This document shows positions 42,481-56,019 of a stretch of DNA of 64,000 nt, piece after piece. The stretch lies in contig OZ024741.1 in assembly GCA_964016885.1 (NCBI GenBank), forward strand, positions 245,892,001 to 245,956,000, given 5' to 3'. Each line of letters begins with the position of its first letter. The stretch's first letter is position 1. The notes under the pieces were generated by a model. The model made no database searches and was not told where the DNA came from. It saw nothing but the letters and a program-made list of their open reading frames with translations. The position numbers and the translations under genes were made by a program. The DNA comes from Eledone cirrhosa. Lineage: Eukaryota.

Positions 42481-43329
42481 TTTACAAATTATCTCCCCCT
42501 GATTTTTTTTACAAATTATCTCCCCCTGATTTTTTTTTACAAATTATCTCCCCCTGATTTTTTTACAAATTATCTCCCCCTGATTTTTTTTACAAATTAT
42601 CTCCGCCTGATTTTTTAAAATATTATCTTCCCTTGGCTGGCGGGAAATTATCTCCCCTTGGACGGCTGGAAATTATCTGCCCTTGATTTTCTTTTTACAA
42701 ATTAACTTCCACTGATTTTTTTTACAAATTATCTCCACCTGATTTTTTTAAAAATTATCTCCCCTTGGAAGGCTGGAAATTATCTCCCCTTGGCTGGAAA
42801 TTATCGCCCCTTGGACGGCTAGAAATTATCTCTCTTTGGACGGCTGGAAATTATCACCCCTTGAGTTTTTTACAAATTATCTCCCCCTGATTTTTTTTAC
42901 AAATCTCCCAGTGATTTTTAAAAAAAAATTATCTTCCCTTCGCTGGCTGGAAATTATCTCCCCTTGGACGCTGGAAATTATAGCCCCTTGGAGGGCTGGA
43001 AATTATCTTCCCTTGGACGGCTGGAAATTATCTCCCCTTGATTTTTTTTACAAATTATCTCCCCCTGATTTTTTTTTACAAATTATCCCCCCCTGATTTT
43101 TTTTTACAACTTATCTGCGCCTGATTTTTTTAAAAAAATTATCTCCCCTTGGACGGCTGGAAATTATCTCCCCTTGGACGGCTGGAAATTATCTCTCCTT
43201 GGACGGCTAGAATTTACCTCTCCTTGGACGGCTAAAAATTATCTCCCCTTGGACGGCTGGAAATTATCTCCCCTTGATTTTTTTTACAAATTATCTCCCC
43301 CTGATTTTTTTTTACAAATTATCTCCCCC

Positions 43330-46300
43330 TGATTTTTTTTACAAATTATCTCCCCCTGATTTTTTTTTACAAATTATCTCCCCCTGATTTTTTTTTACAA
43401 ATTATCTCCCCCTGATTTTTTTTTACAAATTATCTCCCCCTGATTTTTTTTTACAAATTATCTCCCCCTGATTTTTTTTTACAAATTATCTCCCCCTGAT
43501 TTTTTTTTACAAATTATCTCCGCCTGATTTTTTTTAAAAATTACCTCCCCTTGGACGGCTGGAAATTATCTCCCCTTGGACGGCTGGAAATTATCTCCCC
43601 TTGGACGGCTAGAAATTATCTCTCCTTGGACGGCTGAAAATTATCTCCCCTTGGACGGCTGCAAATTATCTCCACTTGATTTTTTTTACAAATTATCTCC
43701 CCCTGATTTTTTTTACAAATTATCTCCCCCTGATTTTTTTTACAAATTATCTACCCCTGATTTTTTTTACAAATTATCTCCCCCTGATTTTTTTTTACAA
43801 ATTATCTCCCCCTGATTTTTTTTTACAAATTATCTCCCCCTGATTTTTCTTTTACAAATTATCTCCCCCTGATTTTTTTACATAGTATCTCCCCCTGATT
43901 TTTTTTACAATCTCCGCCTGATTTTTTTAAAAATTATCTTCCCTTGGCTGGCGGGAAATTATCTCCCCTTGGACGGCTGGAAATTATCTCCCCTTGGAAG
44001 GATGGAAATTATCTCCCCTTGGACGGCTGGAAATTATCTCCCCTTGCACGGCTGGAAATTATCTCCCCTTGGACGGATAGATATTACCTCCCCTTGGACG
44101 GCTGGAAATTATCTCCCCTTGATTTTTTTACAAATTATCTCCCCCTGATTTATTTTACAAATCTCCCAATGATTTTTAAAAAAAAATTATCTCCCCTTCG
44201 CTGGCTGGAAATTATCTCCCCTTGGACGCTGGAAATTATAGCCCCTTGGAGGGCTGGAAATTATCTTCCCTTGGACGGCTGGAAATTATCTCCCCTTGAT
44301 TTTTTTTACAAATTATCTCCCCCTGATTTTTTTTACAAATTATCTCCCCCTGATTTTTTTTACAAATTATCTACCCCTGATTTTTTTTACAAATTATCTC
44401 CCCCTGATTTTTTTTTACAAATTATCTCCCCCTGATTTTTTTTTACAAATTATCTCCCCCTGATTTTTTTACAAATTATCTCCCCCTGATTTTTTTTTAC
44501 AATCTCCGCCTGATTTTTTTAAAAATTATCTTCCCTTGGCTGGCTGGAAATTATCTCCCCTTGGACACTGGAAATTATAGCCCCTTGGAGGGCTGGAAAT
44601 TATCTTCCCTTGGACGGCTGGAAATTATCTCCCCTTGATTTTTTTTACAAATTAACTCCGCCTGATTTTTTTTTACAAATTATCTCCCCCTGATTTTTTT
44701 TTACAAATTATCTACCCCTGATTTTTTTTTACAAATTATCTCCCCCTGATTTTTTTTACAAATTATCTCCCCCTGATTTTTCTTTTACAAATTATCTCCC
44801 CCTGATTTTTTTACAAATTATCTCCCCCTGATTTTTTTTACAAATTATCTCCGCCTGATTTTTTTAAATATTATCTTCCCTTGGCTGGCGGGAAATTATC
44901 TCCCCTTGGACGGCTGGAAATTATCTGCCCTTGATTTTCTTTTTACAAATTATCTTCCACTGATTTTTTTTACAAATTATCTCCACCTGATTTTTTAAAA
45001 AATTATCTCCCCTTGGAAGGCTGGAAATTATCTCCCCTTGGACGGCTGGAAATTATCTCCCCTTGGACGGCTAGAAATTATCTCTCCTTGGACGGCTGAA
45101 AATTATCTCCCCTTGGACGGCTGCAAATTATCTCCCCTTGATTTTTTTTACAAATTATCTCCCCCTGATTTTTTTTTACAAATTATCTCCCCCTGATTTT
45201 TTTTTACAAATTATCTCCCCCTGATTTTTTTTTACAAATTATCTCCCCCTGATTTTTTTTTACAAATTATCTCCCCCTGATTTTTTTTTACAAATTATCT
45301 CCCCCTGATTTTTTTTTACAAATTATCTCCGCCTGATTTTTTTTAAAAATTACCTCCCCTTGGACGGCTGGAAATTATCTCCCCTTGGACGGCTGGAAAT
45401 TATCTCCCCTTGGACGGCTAGAAATTATCTCTCCTTGGACGGCTGAAAATTATCTCCCCTTGGACGGCTGCAAATTATCTCCACTTGATTTTTTTTACAA
45501 ATTATCTCCCCCTGATTTTTTTTACAAATTATCTCCCCCTGATTTTTTTTACAAATTATCTACCCCTGATTTTTTTTACAAATTATCTCCCCCTGATTTT
45601 TTTTTACAAATTATCTCCCCCTGATTTTTTTTTACAAATTATCTCCCCCTGATTTTTCTTTTACAAATTATCTCCCCCTGATTTTTTTACAAAGTATCTC
45701 CCCCTGATTTTTTTTACAATCTCCGCCTGATTTTTTTAAAAATTATCTTCCCTTGGCTGGCGGGAAATTATCTCCCCTTGGACGGCTGGAAATTATCTCC
45801 CCTTGGAAGGATGGAAATTATCTCCCCTTGGACGGCTGGAAATTATCTCCCCTTGCACGGCTGGAAATTATCTCCCCTTGGACGGATAGATATTACCTCC
45901 CCTTGGACGGCTGGAAATTATCTCCCCTTGATTTTTTTACAAATTATCTCCCCCTGATTTATTTTACAAATCTCCCAATGATTTTTAAAAAAAAATTATC
46001 TCCCCTTCGCTGGCTGGAAATTATCTCCCCTTGGACGCTGGAAATTATAGCCCCTTGGAGGGCTGGAAATTATCTTCCCTTGGACGGCTGGAAATTATCT
46101 CCCCTTGATTTTTTTTACAAATTATCTCCCCCTGATTTTTTTTACAAATTATCTCCCCCTGATTTTTTTTACAAATTATCTACCCCTGATTTTTTTTACA
46201 AATTATCTCCCCCTGATTTTTTTTTACAAATTATCTCCCCCTGATTTTTTTTTACAAATTATCTCCCCCTGATTTTTTTACAAATTATCTCCCCCTGATT

Positions 46301-46420
46301 TTTTTTTACAATCTCCGCCTGATTTTTTTAAAAATTATCTTCCCTTGGCTGGCTGGAAATTATCTCCCCTTGGACACTGGAAATTATAGCCCCTTGGAGG
46401 GCTGGAAATTATCTTCCCTT
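43330..46420. repeat. Local tandem duplication with a 1,809-bp period (second copy truncated near 46420)
   Basis: Identical pseudo-ORFs at 43576/45385 and 43944/45753. The variants GGACGGATAGA and CCCAATGA are shared. Confidence 0.85.
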
Positions 46421-49400
46421 GGACGGCTGGAAATTATCTCCCCTTGCACGGCTGGAAATTATCTCCCCTTGGCTGGAAATTATCTCCCCTTGGACGGCTA
46501 GAAATTATCTCTCTTTGGACGGCTGGAAATTATCTCCCTTTGATTTTTTTTACAAATTATCTCCCTCTGATTTTTTTTACAAATCTCCCCCTGATTTTTT
46601 TAAAAAAATTATCTCCCCTTCGCTGGCTGGAAATTATCTTCCCTTGGACGGCTGGAAATTATCTCCCCTTGATTTTTTTTACAAATTATCTCCGCCTGAT
46701 TTTTTTTTTAAATTATCTCTCCTTGGACGGCTGGAAATTATCTCCCCTTGATTTTTTTTACAAATAATCTCCCCCTGATTTTTTTTTATAAATTATCTCC
46801 CCCTGATTTTTTTTTACAAATTATCTACCCCTGATTTTTTTTTACAAATTATCTCCCCCTGATTTTTTTTACAAATTATCTCCCCCTGATTTTTCTTTTA
46901 CAAATTATCTCCCCCTGATTTTTTTACAAATTATCTCCCCCTGATTTTTTTTACAAATTGTCTCCGCCTGATTTTTTTAAATATTATCTTCCCTTGGCTG
47001 GCGGGAAATTACCTCCCCTTGGACGGCTGGAAATTATCTGCCCTTGATTTTCTTTTTACAAATTATCTTCCACTGATTTTTTTTACAAATTATCTCCACC
47101 TGATTTTTTAAAAAATTATCTCCCCTTGGAAGGCTGGAAATTATCTCCCCTTGGACGGCTAGAAATTATCTCTCTTTGGACGGCTGGAAATTATCACCCC
47201 TTGAGTTTTTTACAAATTATCTCCCCCTGATTTTTTTTACAAATCTCCCAGTGATTTTTAAAAAAAAATTATCTCCCCTTCGCTGGCTGGAAATTATCTC
47301 CCCTTGGACGCTGGAAATTATAGCCCCTTGGAGGGCTGGAAATTATCTTCCCTTGGACGGCTGGAAATTATCTCCCCTTGGACGGCTGGAAATTATATCT
47401 CCTTGGACGGCTAGAATTTACCTCTCCTTGGACGGCTGAAAATTATCTCCCCTTGGACGGCTGGAAATTATCTCCCCTTGATTTTTTTTACAAATTATCT
47501 CCCCCTGATTTTTTTTTACAAATTATCTCCCCCTGATTTTTTTTTACAAATTATCTCCCCCTGATTTTTTTTTACAAATTATCTCCCCCTGATTTTTTTA
47601 CAAATTATCTCCCCTTGGCTGGCTGGAAATTATCTCCCCTTGGAGGCTGGAACTTATCTCCACTTGGACGGCTAGAAATTACCTCTCCTTGGACGGCTGG
47701 AAAATATGTCTCCTTGGACGGCTGGATATTATCTCCCCTTGGACGGCTGGAAATTATCTCCCCTTGGACGGCTGGAAATTATCTCCCCTTGGATGGCTAG
47801 ATATTACCTCCCCTTGGACGGCTGGAAATTATCTCCCCTTGATTTTTTTTACAAATTATCTCCCCCTGATTTTTTTTTACAAATTATCTCCCCCTGATTT
47901 TTTTTTACAAATTATCTCCCCCTGATTTTTGTTTACAAATTATCTCCGCCTGATTTTTTTTTTTAAATTATCTCCCCTTGGACGGCTGGAAATTATCTCC
48001 CCTTGGACGGCTAGAAATTACCTCTCCTTGGACGGCTGAAAATTATCTCCCCTTGGACGGCTGGAAATTATCTCCCCTTGATTTTTTTACAAATTATCTC
48101 CCCCTGATTTTTTTTTTACAAATTATCTCCCCCTGATTTTTTTTTACAAATTATCTACCCCTGATTTTTTTTTACAAATTATCTCCCCCTGATTTTTTTT
48201 TACAAATTATCTACCCCTGATTTTTTTTACAAATTATCTCCCCCTGATTTTTTTTACAAATTATCTCCCCCTGATTTTTTTTTTACAAATTATCTCCCCC
48301 TGATTTTTTTACAAATTATCTCCCCCTGATTTTTTTTACAAATTATCTCCGCCGGATTTTTTTAAATATTATCTTCCCTTGGCTTGCGGGAAATTATCTC
48401 CCCTTGGACGGCTGAAAATTATCTCCCCTTGGACGGCTGGAAATTATCTCCCCTTGCACGGCTGGAAATTATCTCCCCTTGGACGGCTAGAAATTATCTC
48501 TCTTTGGACGGCTGGAAATTATCTCCCTTTGATTTTTTTTACAAATTATCTCCCTCTGATTTTTTTTACGAATCTCCCCCTGATTTTTTTAAAAAAATTA
48601 TCTCCCCTTCGCTGGCTGGAAATTATCTCCCCTTGGACACTGGAAATTATAGCCCCTTGGAGGGCTGGAAATTATCTTCCCTTGGACGGCTGGAAATTAT
48701 CTCCCCCTGATTTTTTTTACAAATTATCTCCGCCTTATTTTTTTAAAAAGTTATCTCTCCTTGGACGGCTGGAAATTATCTCCCCTTGATTTTTTTTACA
48801 AATAATCTCCCCCTGATTTTTTTTTACAAATTATCTCCCCCTGATTTTTTTTTACAAATTATCTACCCCTGATTTTCTTTTACAAATTATCTCCCCCTGA
48901 TTTTTGTTACAAATTATCTCCCCCTGATTTTTCTTTTACAAATTATCTCCCCCTGATTTTTTTTACAAATTATCTCCGCCTGATTTTTTTAAATATTATC
49001 TTCCCTTGGCTGGCGGGAAATTATCTCCCCTTGGATGGCTGGAAATTATCTGCCCTTGATTTTCTTTTTACAAATTATCTTCCACTGATTTTTTTTACAA
49101 ATTATCTCCACCTGATTTTTTTAAAAATTATCTCCCCTTGGAAGGCTGGAAATTATCTCCCCTTGGCTGGAAATTATCTCCCCTTGGACGGCTAGAAATT
49201 ATCTCTCTTTGTACGGCTGGAAATTATCACCCCTTGAGTTTTTTACAAATTATCTACCCCTGATTTTTTTTACAAATCTCCCAGTGTTTTTTAAAAAAAA
49301 TTATCTCCCCTTCGCTGGCTGGAAATTATCTCCCCTTGGACGCTGGAAATTATAGCCCCTTGGAGGGCTGGAAATTATCTTCCCTTGGACGGCTGGAAAT

Positions 49401-52400
49401 TATCTCCCCTTGATTTTTTTTACAAATTATCTCCCCCTGATTTTTTTTTACAAATTATCTCCCCCTGATTTTTTTTACAACTTATCTGCGCCTGATTTTT
49501 TTAAAAAAATTATCTCCCCTTGGACGGCTGGAAATTATCTCCCCTTGGACGGCTGGAAATTATCTCTCCTTGGACGGCTAGAATTTACCTCTCCTTGGAC
49601 GGCTGAAAATTATCTCCCCTTGGACGGCTGGAAATTATCTCCCCTTGATTTTTTTTACAAATTATCTCCCCCTGATTTTTTTTTACAAATTATCTGCCCC
49701 TGATTTTTTTTTACAAATTATCTCCCCCTGATTTTTTTTTTAAAATTATCTCCCCCTGATTTTTTTTACAAATTATCTCCCCCTGATTTTTTTACAAATT
49801 ATCTCCCCTTGGCTGGCTGGAAATTATCTCCCCTTGGAGGCTGGAACTTATGTCCCCTTGGACGGCTAGAAATGACCTCTCCTTGGACGGCTGGAAAATA
49901 TGTCTCCTTGGACGGCTGGATATTATCTCCCCTTGGACGGCTGGAAATTATCTCCCCTTGGACGGCTGGAAATTATCTCCCCTTGGATGGCTAGATATTA
50001 CCTCCCCTTGGACGGCTGGAAATTATCTCCCCTTGATTTTTTTTACAAATTATCTCCCCCTGATTTTTTTTTACAAATTTTCTCCCCCTGATTTTTGTTT
50101 ACAAATTATCTCCGCCTGATTTTTTTTTAAAAATTATCTCCCCTTGGACGGCTGGAAATTATCTCCCCTTGGACGGCTAGAAATTACCTCTCCTTGGACG
50201 GCTGAAAATTATCTCCCCTTGGACGGCTGGAAATTATCTCCCCTTGATTTTTTTACAAATAATCTCCCCCTGATTTTTTTTTACAAATTATCTCCCCCTG
50301 ATTTTTTTTTTACAAATTATCTCCCCCTGATTTTTTTTTACAAATTATCTACCCCTGATTTTTTTTACAAATTATCTCCCCCTGATTTTTTTTACAAATT
50401 ATCTCCCCCTGATTTTTTTTTACAAATTATCTCCCCCTGATTTTTTTACAAATTATCTCCCCCTGATTTTTTTTACAAATTATCTCCGCCTGATTTTTTT
50501 AAATATTATCTTCCCTTGGCTGGCGGGAAATTATCTCCCCTTGGACGGCTGAAAATTATCTCCCCTTGGACGGCTGGAAATTATCTCCCCTTGATTCTTT
50601 TTACAAATTATCTCCCCCTGATTTTTTTTTACAAATTATCTCCCCCTGATTTTTTTACAAATTATCTCCCCCTGATTTTTTTTTACAAATTATCTCCCCT
50701 TGATTTTTTTTACAAATTATTTCCCTCTGATTTTTTTGCAAATTATCTCCCCCTGATTTTTTTTTTACAAATTATCTCCCCCTGATTTTTTTTTACAAAT
50801 TATCTCCCCCTGATTTTTTTTTACAAATTATCTCCCCCTGATTTTTTTTACAAATTATCTCCCCCCTGATTTTTTTACAAATTATCTCCCCTTGGCTGGC
50901 TGGAAATTATCTCCCCTTGGAGGCTGGAACTTATCTCCCCTTGGACGGCTAGAAATTACCTCTCCTTGGACGGCTGGAAAATATGTCTCCTTGGACGGCT
51001 GGATATTATCTCCCCTTGGACGGCTGGAAATTATCTCCCCTTGGACGGCTGGAAATTATCTCCCATTGGATGGCTAGATATTACCTCCCCTTGGACGGCT
51101 GGAAATTATCTCCCCTTGATCTTTTTACAAATTATCTCCCCCTGATTTTTTTTTTACAAATTATCTCCCCCTGATTTTTTTTTACAAATTATCTACCCCT
51201 GATTTTTTTTTACAAATTATCTCCCCCTGATTTTTTTTACAAATTATCTCCCCCTGATTTTTTTTTTACAAATTATCTCCCCCTGATTTTTTTACAAATT
51301 ATCTCCCACTGATTTTTTTTACAAATTATCTCCGCCTGATTTTTTTAAATATTATCTCTCCTTGGCTGGCGGGAAATTATCTCCCCTTGGACGGCTGGAA
51401 ATTATCTCCCCTTGGAAGGATGGAAATTATCTCCCCTTGGACGGCTGGAAATTATCTCTCCTTGGACGGCTAGAATTTACCTCTCCTTGGACGGCTGAAA
51501 ATTATCTCCCCTTGAACGGCTGGAAATTATCTCCCCTTGATTTTTTTTACAAATTATCTCCCCCTTTTTTTTTTTTACAAATTATCTCCCCCTGATTTTT
51601 TTTTACAAATTATCTCCCCCTGATTTTTTTTTACAAATTATCTCCCCCTGATTTTTTTTACAAATTATCTCCCCCCTGATTTTTTTACAAATTATCTCCC
51701 CTTGGCTGGTTGGAAATTATCTCCCCTTGGAGGCTGGAACTTATCTCCCCTTGGACGGCTAGAAATTACCTCTCCTTGGACGGCTGGAAAATATGTCTCC
51801 TTGGACGGCTGGATATTATCTTCCCTTGGACGGCTGGAAATTATCTCCCCTTGGACGGCTGGAAATTATCTCCCCTTGGATGGCTAGATATTACCTCCCC
51901 TTGGACGGCTGGAAATTATCTCCCCTTGATTTTTTTAACAAATTATCTCCCCCTGATTTTTTTTACAAATTATCTCCCCCTGATTTTTTTTAAAAAATTA
52001 TCTCCCCCTGATTTTTGTTTACAAATTATCTCCGCCTGATTTTTTTTAACAAATTATCTCCCCTTGGACGGCTGGAAATTATCTCCCCTTGGACGGCTGG
52101 AAATTATATCTCCTTGGACGGCTAGAATTTACCTCTCCTTGGACGGCTGAAAATTATCTCCCCTTGGACGGCTGGAAATTATCTCCCCTTGATTTTTTTT
52201 ACAAATTATCTCCCCCTGATTTTTTTTTACAAATTATCTCCCCCTGATTTTTTTTTACAAATTATCTCCCCCTGATTTTTTTTTACAAATTATCTCCCCC
52301 TGATTTTTTTACAAATTATCTCCCCTTGGCTGGCTGGAAATTATCTCCCCTTGGAGGCTGGAACTTATCTCCACTTGGACGGCTAGAAATTACCTCTCCT

Positions 52401-55400
52401 TGGACGGCTGGAAAATATGTCTCCTTGGACGGCTGGATATTATCTCCCCTTGGACGGCTGGAAATTATCTCCCCTTGGACGGCTGGAAATTATCTCCCCT
52501 TGGATGGCTAGATATTACCTCCCCTTGGACGGCTGGAAATTATCTCCCCTTGATTTTTTTTACAAATTATCTCCCCCTGATTTTTTTTTACAAATTATCT
52601 CCCCCTGATTTTTTTTTACAAATTATCTCCCCCTGATTTTTGTTTACAAATTATCTCCGCCTGATTTTTTTTTTTAAATTATCTCCCCTTGGACGGCTGG
52701 AAATTATCTCCCCTTGGACGGCTAGAAATTACCTCTCCTTGGACGGCTGAAAATTATCTCCCCTTGGACGGCTGGAAATTATCTCCCCTTGATTTTTTTA
52801 CAAATTATCTCCCCCTGATTTTTTTTTTACAAATTATCTCCCCCTGATTTTTTTTTACAAATTATCTACCCCTGATTTTTTTTTACAAATTATCTCCCCC
52901 TGATTTTTTTTTACAAATTATCTACCCCTGATTTTTTTTACAAATTATCTCCCCCTGATTTTTTTTACAAATTATCTCCCCCTGATTTTTTTTTTACAAA
53001 TTATCTCCCCCTGATTTTTTTACAAATTATCTCCCCCTGATTTTTTTTACAAATTATCTCCGCCGGATTTTTTTAAATATTATCTTCCCTTGGCTTGCGG
53101 GAAATTATCTCCCCTTGGACGGCTGAAAATTATCTCCCCTTGGACGGCTGGAAATTATCTCCCCTTGATTTTTTTTACAAATTATCTCCCCCTGATTTTT
53201 TTTTACAAATTATCTCCCCCTGATTTTTTTTACAAATTATCTCCCCCTGATTTTTTTTACAAATTATCTCCCCCTGATTTTTTTTACAAATTATCTCCCC
53301 CTGATTTTTTTTTACAAATTATCTCCCCCTGATTTTTTTACAAATTATCTCCCCCTGATTTTTTTTACAAATTATCTCCGCCTGATTTTTTAAAATATTA
53401 TCTTCCCTTGGCTGGCGGGAAATTATCTCCCCTGGACGGCTGGAAATTATCTGCCCTTGATTTTCTTTTTACAAATTAACTTCCACTGATTTTTTTTACA
53501 AATTATCTCCACCTGATTTTTTTAAAAATTATCTCCCCTTGGAAGGCTGGAAATTATCTCCCCTTGGCTGGAAATTATCTCCCCTTGGACGGCTAGAAAT
53601 TATCTCTCTTTGGACGGCTGGAAATTATCACCCCTTGAGTTTTTTACAAATTATCTCCCCCTGATTTTTTTTACAAATCTCCCAGTGATTTTTAAAAAAA
53701 AATTATCTTCCCTTCGCTGGCTGGAAATTATCTCCCCTTGGACGCTGGAAATTATAGCCCCTTGGAGGGCTGGAAATTATCTTCCCTTGGACGGCTGGAA
53801 ATTACCTCCCCTTGATTTTTTTTACAAATTATCTCCCCCTGATTTTTTTTTACAAATTATCTCCCCCTGATTTTTTTTTACAACTTATCTGCGCCTGATT
53901 TTTTTAAAAAAATTATCTCCCCTTGGACGGCTGGAAATTATCTCCCTTTGGACGGCTGGAAATTATCTCTCCTTGGACGGCTAGAATTTACCTCTCCTTG
54001 GACGGCTGAAAATTATCTCCCCTTGGACGGCTGGAAATTATCTCCCCTTGATTTTTTTTACAAATTATCTCCCCCTGATTTTTTTTTACAAATTATCTCC
54101 CCCTGATTTTTTTACAAATTATCTCCCACTGATTTTTTTTACAAATTATCTCCGCCTGATTTTTTTAAATATTATCTCTCCTTGGCTGGCGGGAAATTAT
54201 CTCCCCTTGGACGGCTGGAAATTATCTCCCCTTGGAAGGATGGAAATTATCTCCCCTTGGACGGCTGGAAATTATCTACCCCTGATTTTTTTTACAAATT
54301 ATCTCCCCCTGATTTTTTTTACAAATTATCTCCCCCTGATTTTTTTTACAAATTATCTACCCCTGATTTTTTTTACAAATTATCTCCCCCTGATTTTTTT
54401 TTACAAATTATCTCCCCCTGATTTTTTTTACAAATTATCTACCCCTGATTTTTTTACAAATTATCTCCCCCTGATTTTTTTTACAATCTCCGCCTGATTT
54501 TTTTAAAAATTGTCTTCCCTTGGCTGGCTGGAAATTATCTCCCCTTGGACACTGGAAATTATCTCCCCTTGGACACTGGAAATTATAGCCCCTTGGAGGG
54601 CTGGAAATTATCTTCCCTTGGACGGCTGGAAATTATCTCCCCTTGATTTTTTTTACAAATTATCTCCGCCTGATTTTTTTTTACAAATTATCTCCCCCTG
54701 ATTTTTTTTTACAAATTATCTACCCCTGATTTTTTTTTACAAATTATCTCCCCCTGATTTTTTTTACAAATTATCTCCCCCTGATTTTTCTTTTACAAAT
54801 TATCTCCCCCTGATTTTTTTACAAATTATCTCCCCCTGATTTTTTTTACAAATTATCTCCGCCTGATTTTTTTAAATATTATCTTCCCTTGGCTGGCGGG
54901 AAATTATCTCCCCTTGGACGGCTGGAAATTATCTGCCCTTGATTTTCTTTTTACAAATTATCTTCCACTGATTTTTTTTACAAATTATCTCCACCTGATT
55001 TTTTAAAAAATTATCTCCCCTTGGAAGGCTGGAAATTATCTCCCCTTGGACGGCTGGAAATTATCTCCCCTTGGACGGCTAGAAATTATCTCTCCTTGGA
55101 CGGCTGAAAATTATCTCCCCTTGGACGGCTGCAAATTATCTCCCCTTGATTTTTTTTACAAATTATCTCCCCCTGATTTTTTTTACAAATTATCTCCCCC
55201 TGATTTTTTTACAAATTATCTACCCCTGATTTTTTTTACAAATTATCTCCCCCTGATTTTTTTTTACAAATTATCTCCCCCTGATTTTTTTTTACAAATT
55301 ATCTCCCCCTGATTTTTTTTTTACAAATTATCTCCCCCTGATTTTTTTACAAATTATCTCCCCCTGATTTTTTTTACAATCTCCGCCTGATTTTTTTAAA

Positions 55401-56019
55401 AATTATCTTCCCTTGGCTGGCGGGAAATTATCTCCCCTTGGACGGCTGGAAATTATCTCCCCTTGGAAGGATGGAAATTATCTCCCCTTGGACGGCTGGA
55501 AATTATCTCCCCTTGCACGGCTGGAAATTATCTCCCCTTGGCTGGAAATTATCTCCCCTTGGACGGCTAGAAATTATCTCTCTTTGGACGGCTGGAAATT
55601 ATCTCCCTTTGATTTTTTTTACAAATTATCTCCCTCTGATTTTTTTTACAAATCTCCCCCTGATTTTTTTAAAAAAATTATCTCCCCTTCGCTGGCTGGA
55701 AATTATCTTCCCTTGGACGGCTGGAAATTATCTCCCCTTGATTTTTTTTACAAATTATCTCCGCCTGATTTTTTTTTTAAATTATCTCTCCTTGGACGGC
55801 TGGAAATTATCTCCCCTTGATTTTTTTTACAAATAATCTCCCCCTGATTTTTTTTTATAAATTATCTCCCCCTGATTTTTTTTTACAAATTATCTACCCC
55901 TGATTTTTTTTTACAAATTATCTCCCCCTGATTTTTTTTACAAATTATCTCCCCCTGATTTTTCCTTTACAAATTATCTCCCCCTGATTTTTTTACAAAT
56001 TATCTCCCCCTGATTTTTT

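Larger units (their letters stand above)
28785..46420. repeat. Copy 1 of a ~17.6-kb tandem block duplication
   Basis: GCACGG at 28810 versus 46446 gives an offset of 17,636. Rare variants are shared with copy 2: CCCCTGGACGG (~36447/~53430), TTTTCCTTTAC (~38930/~55964), TTATCGCCCC (~42806/~61547) and ACATAGTATCT (~43882/~62624). Confidence 0.85.
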
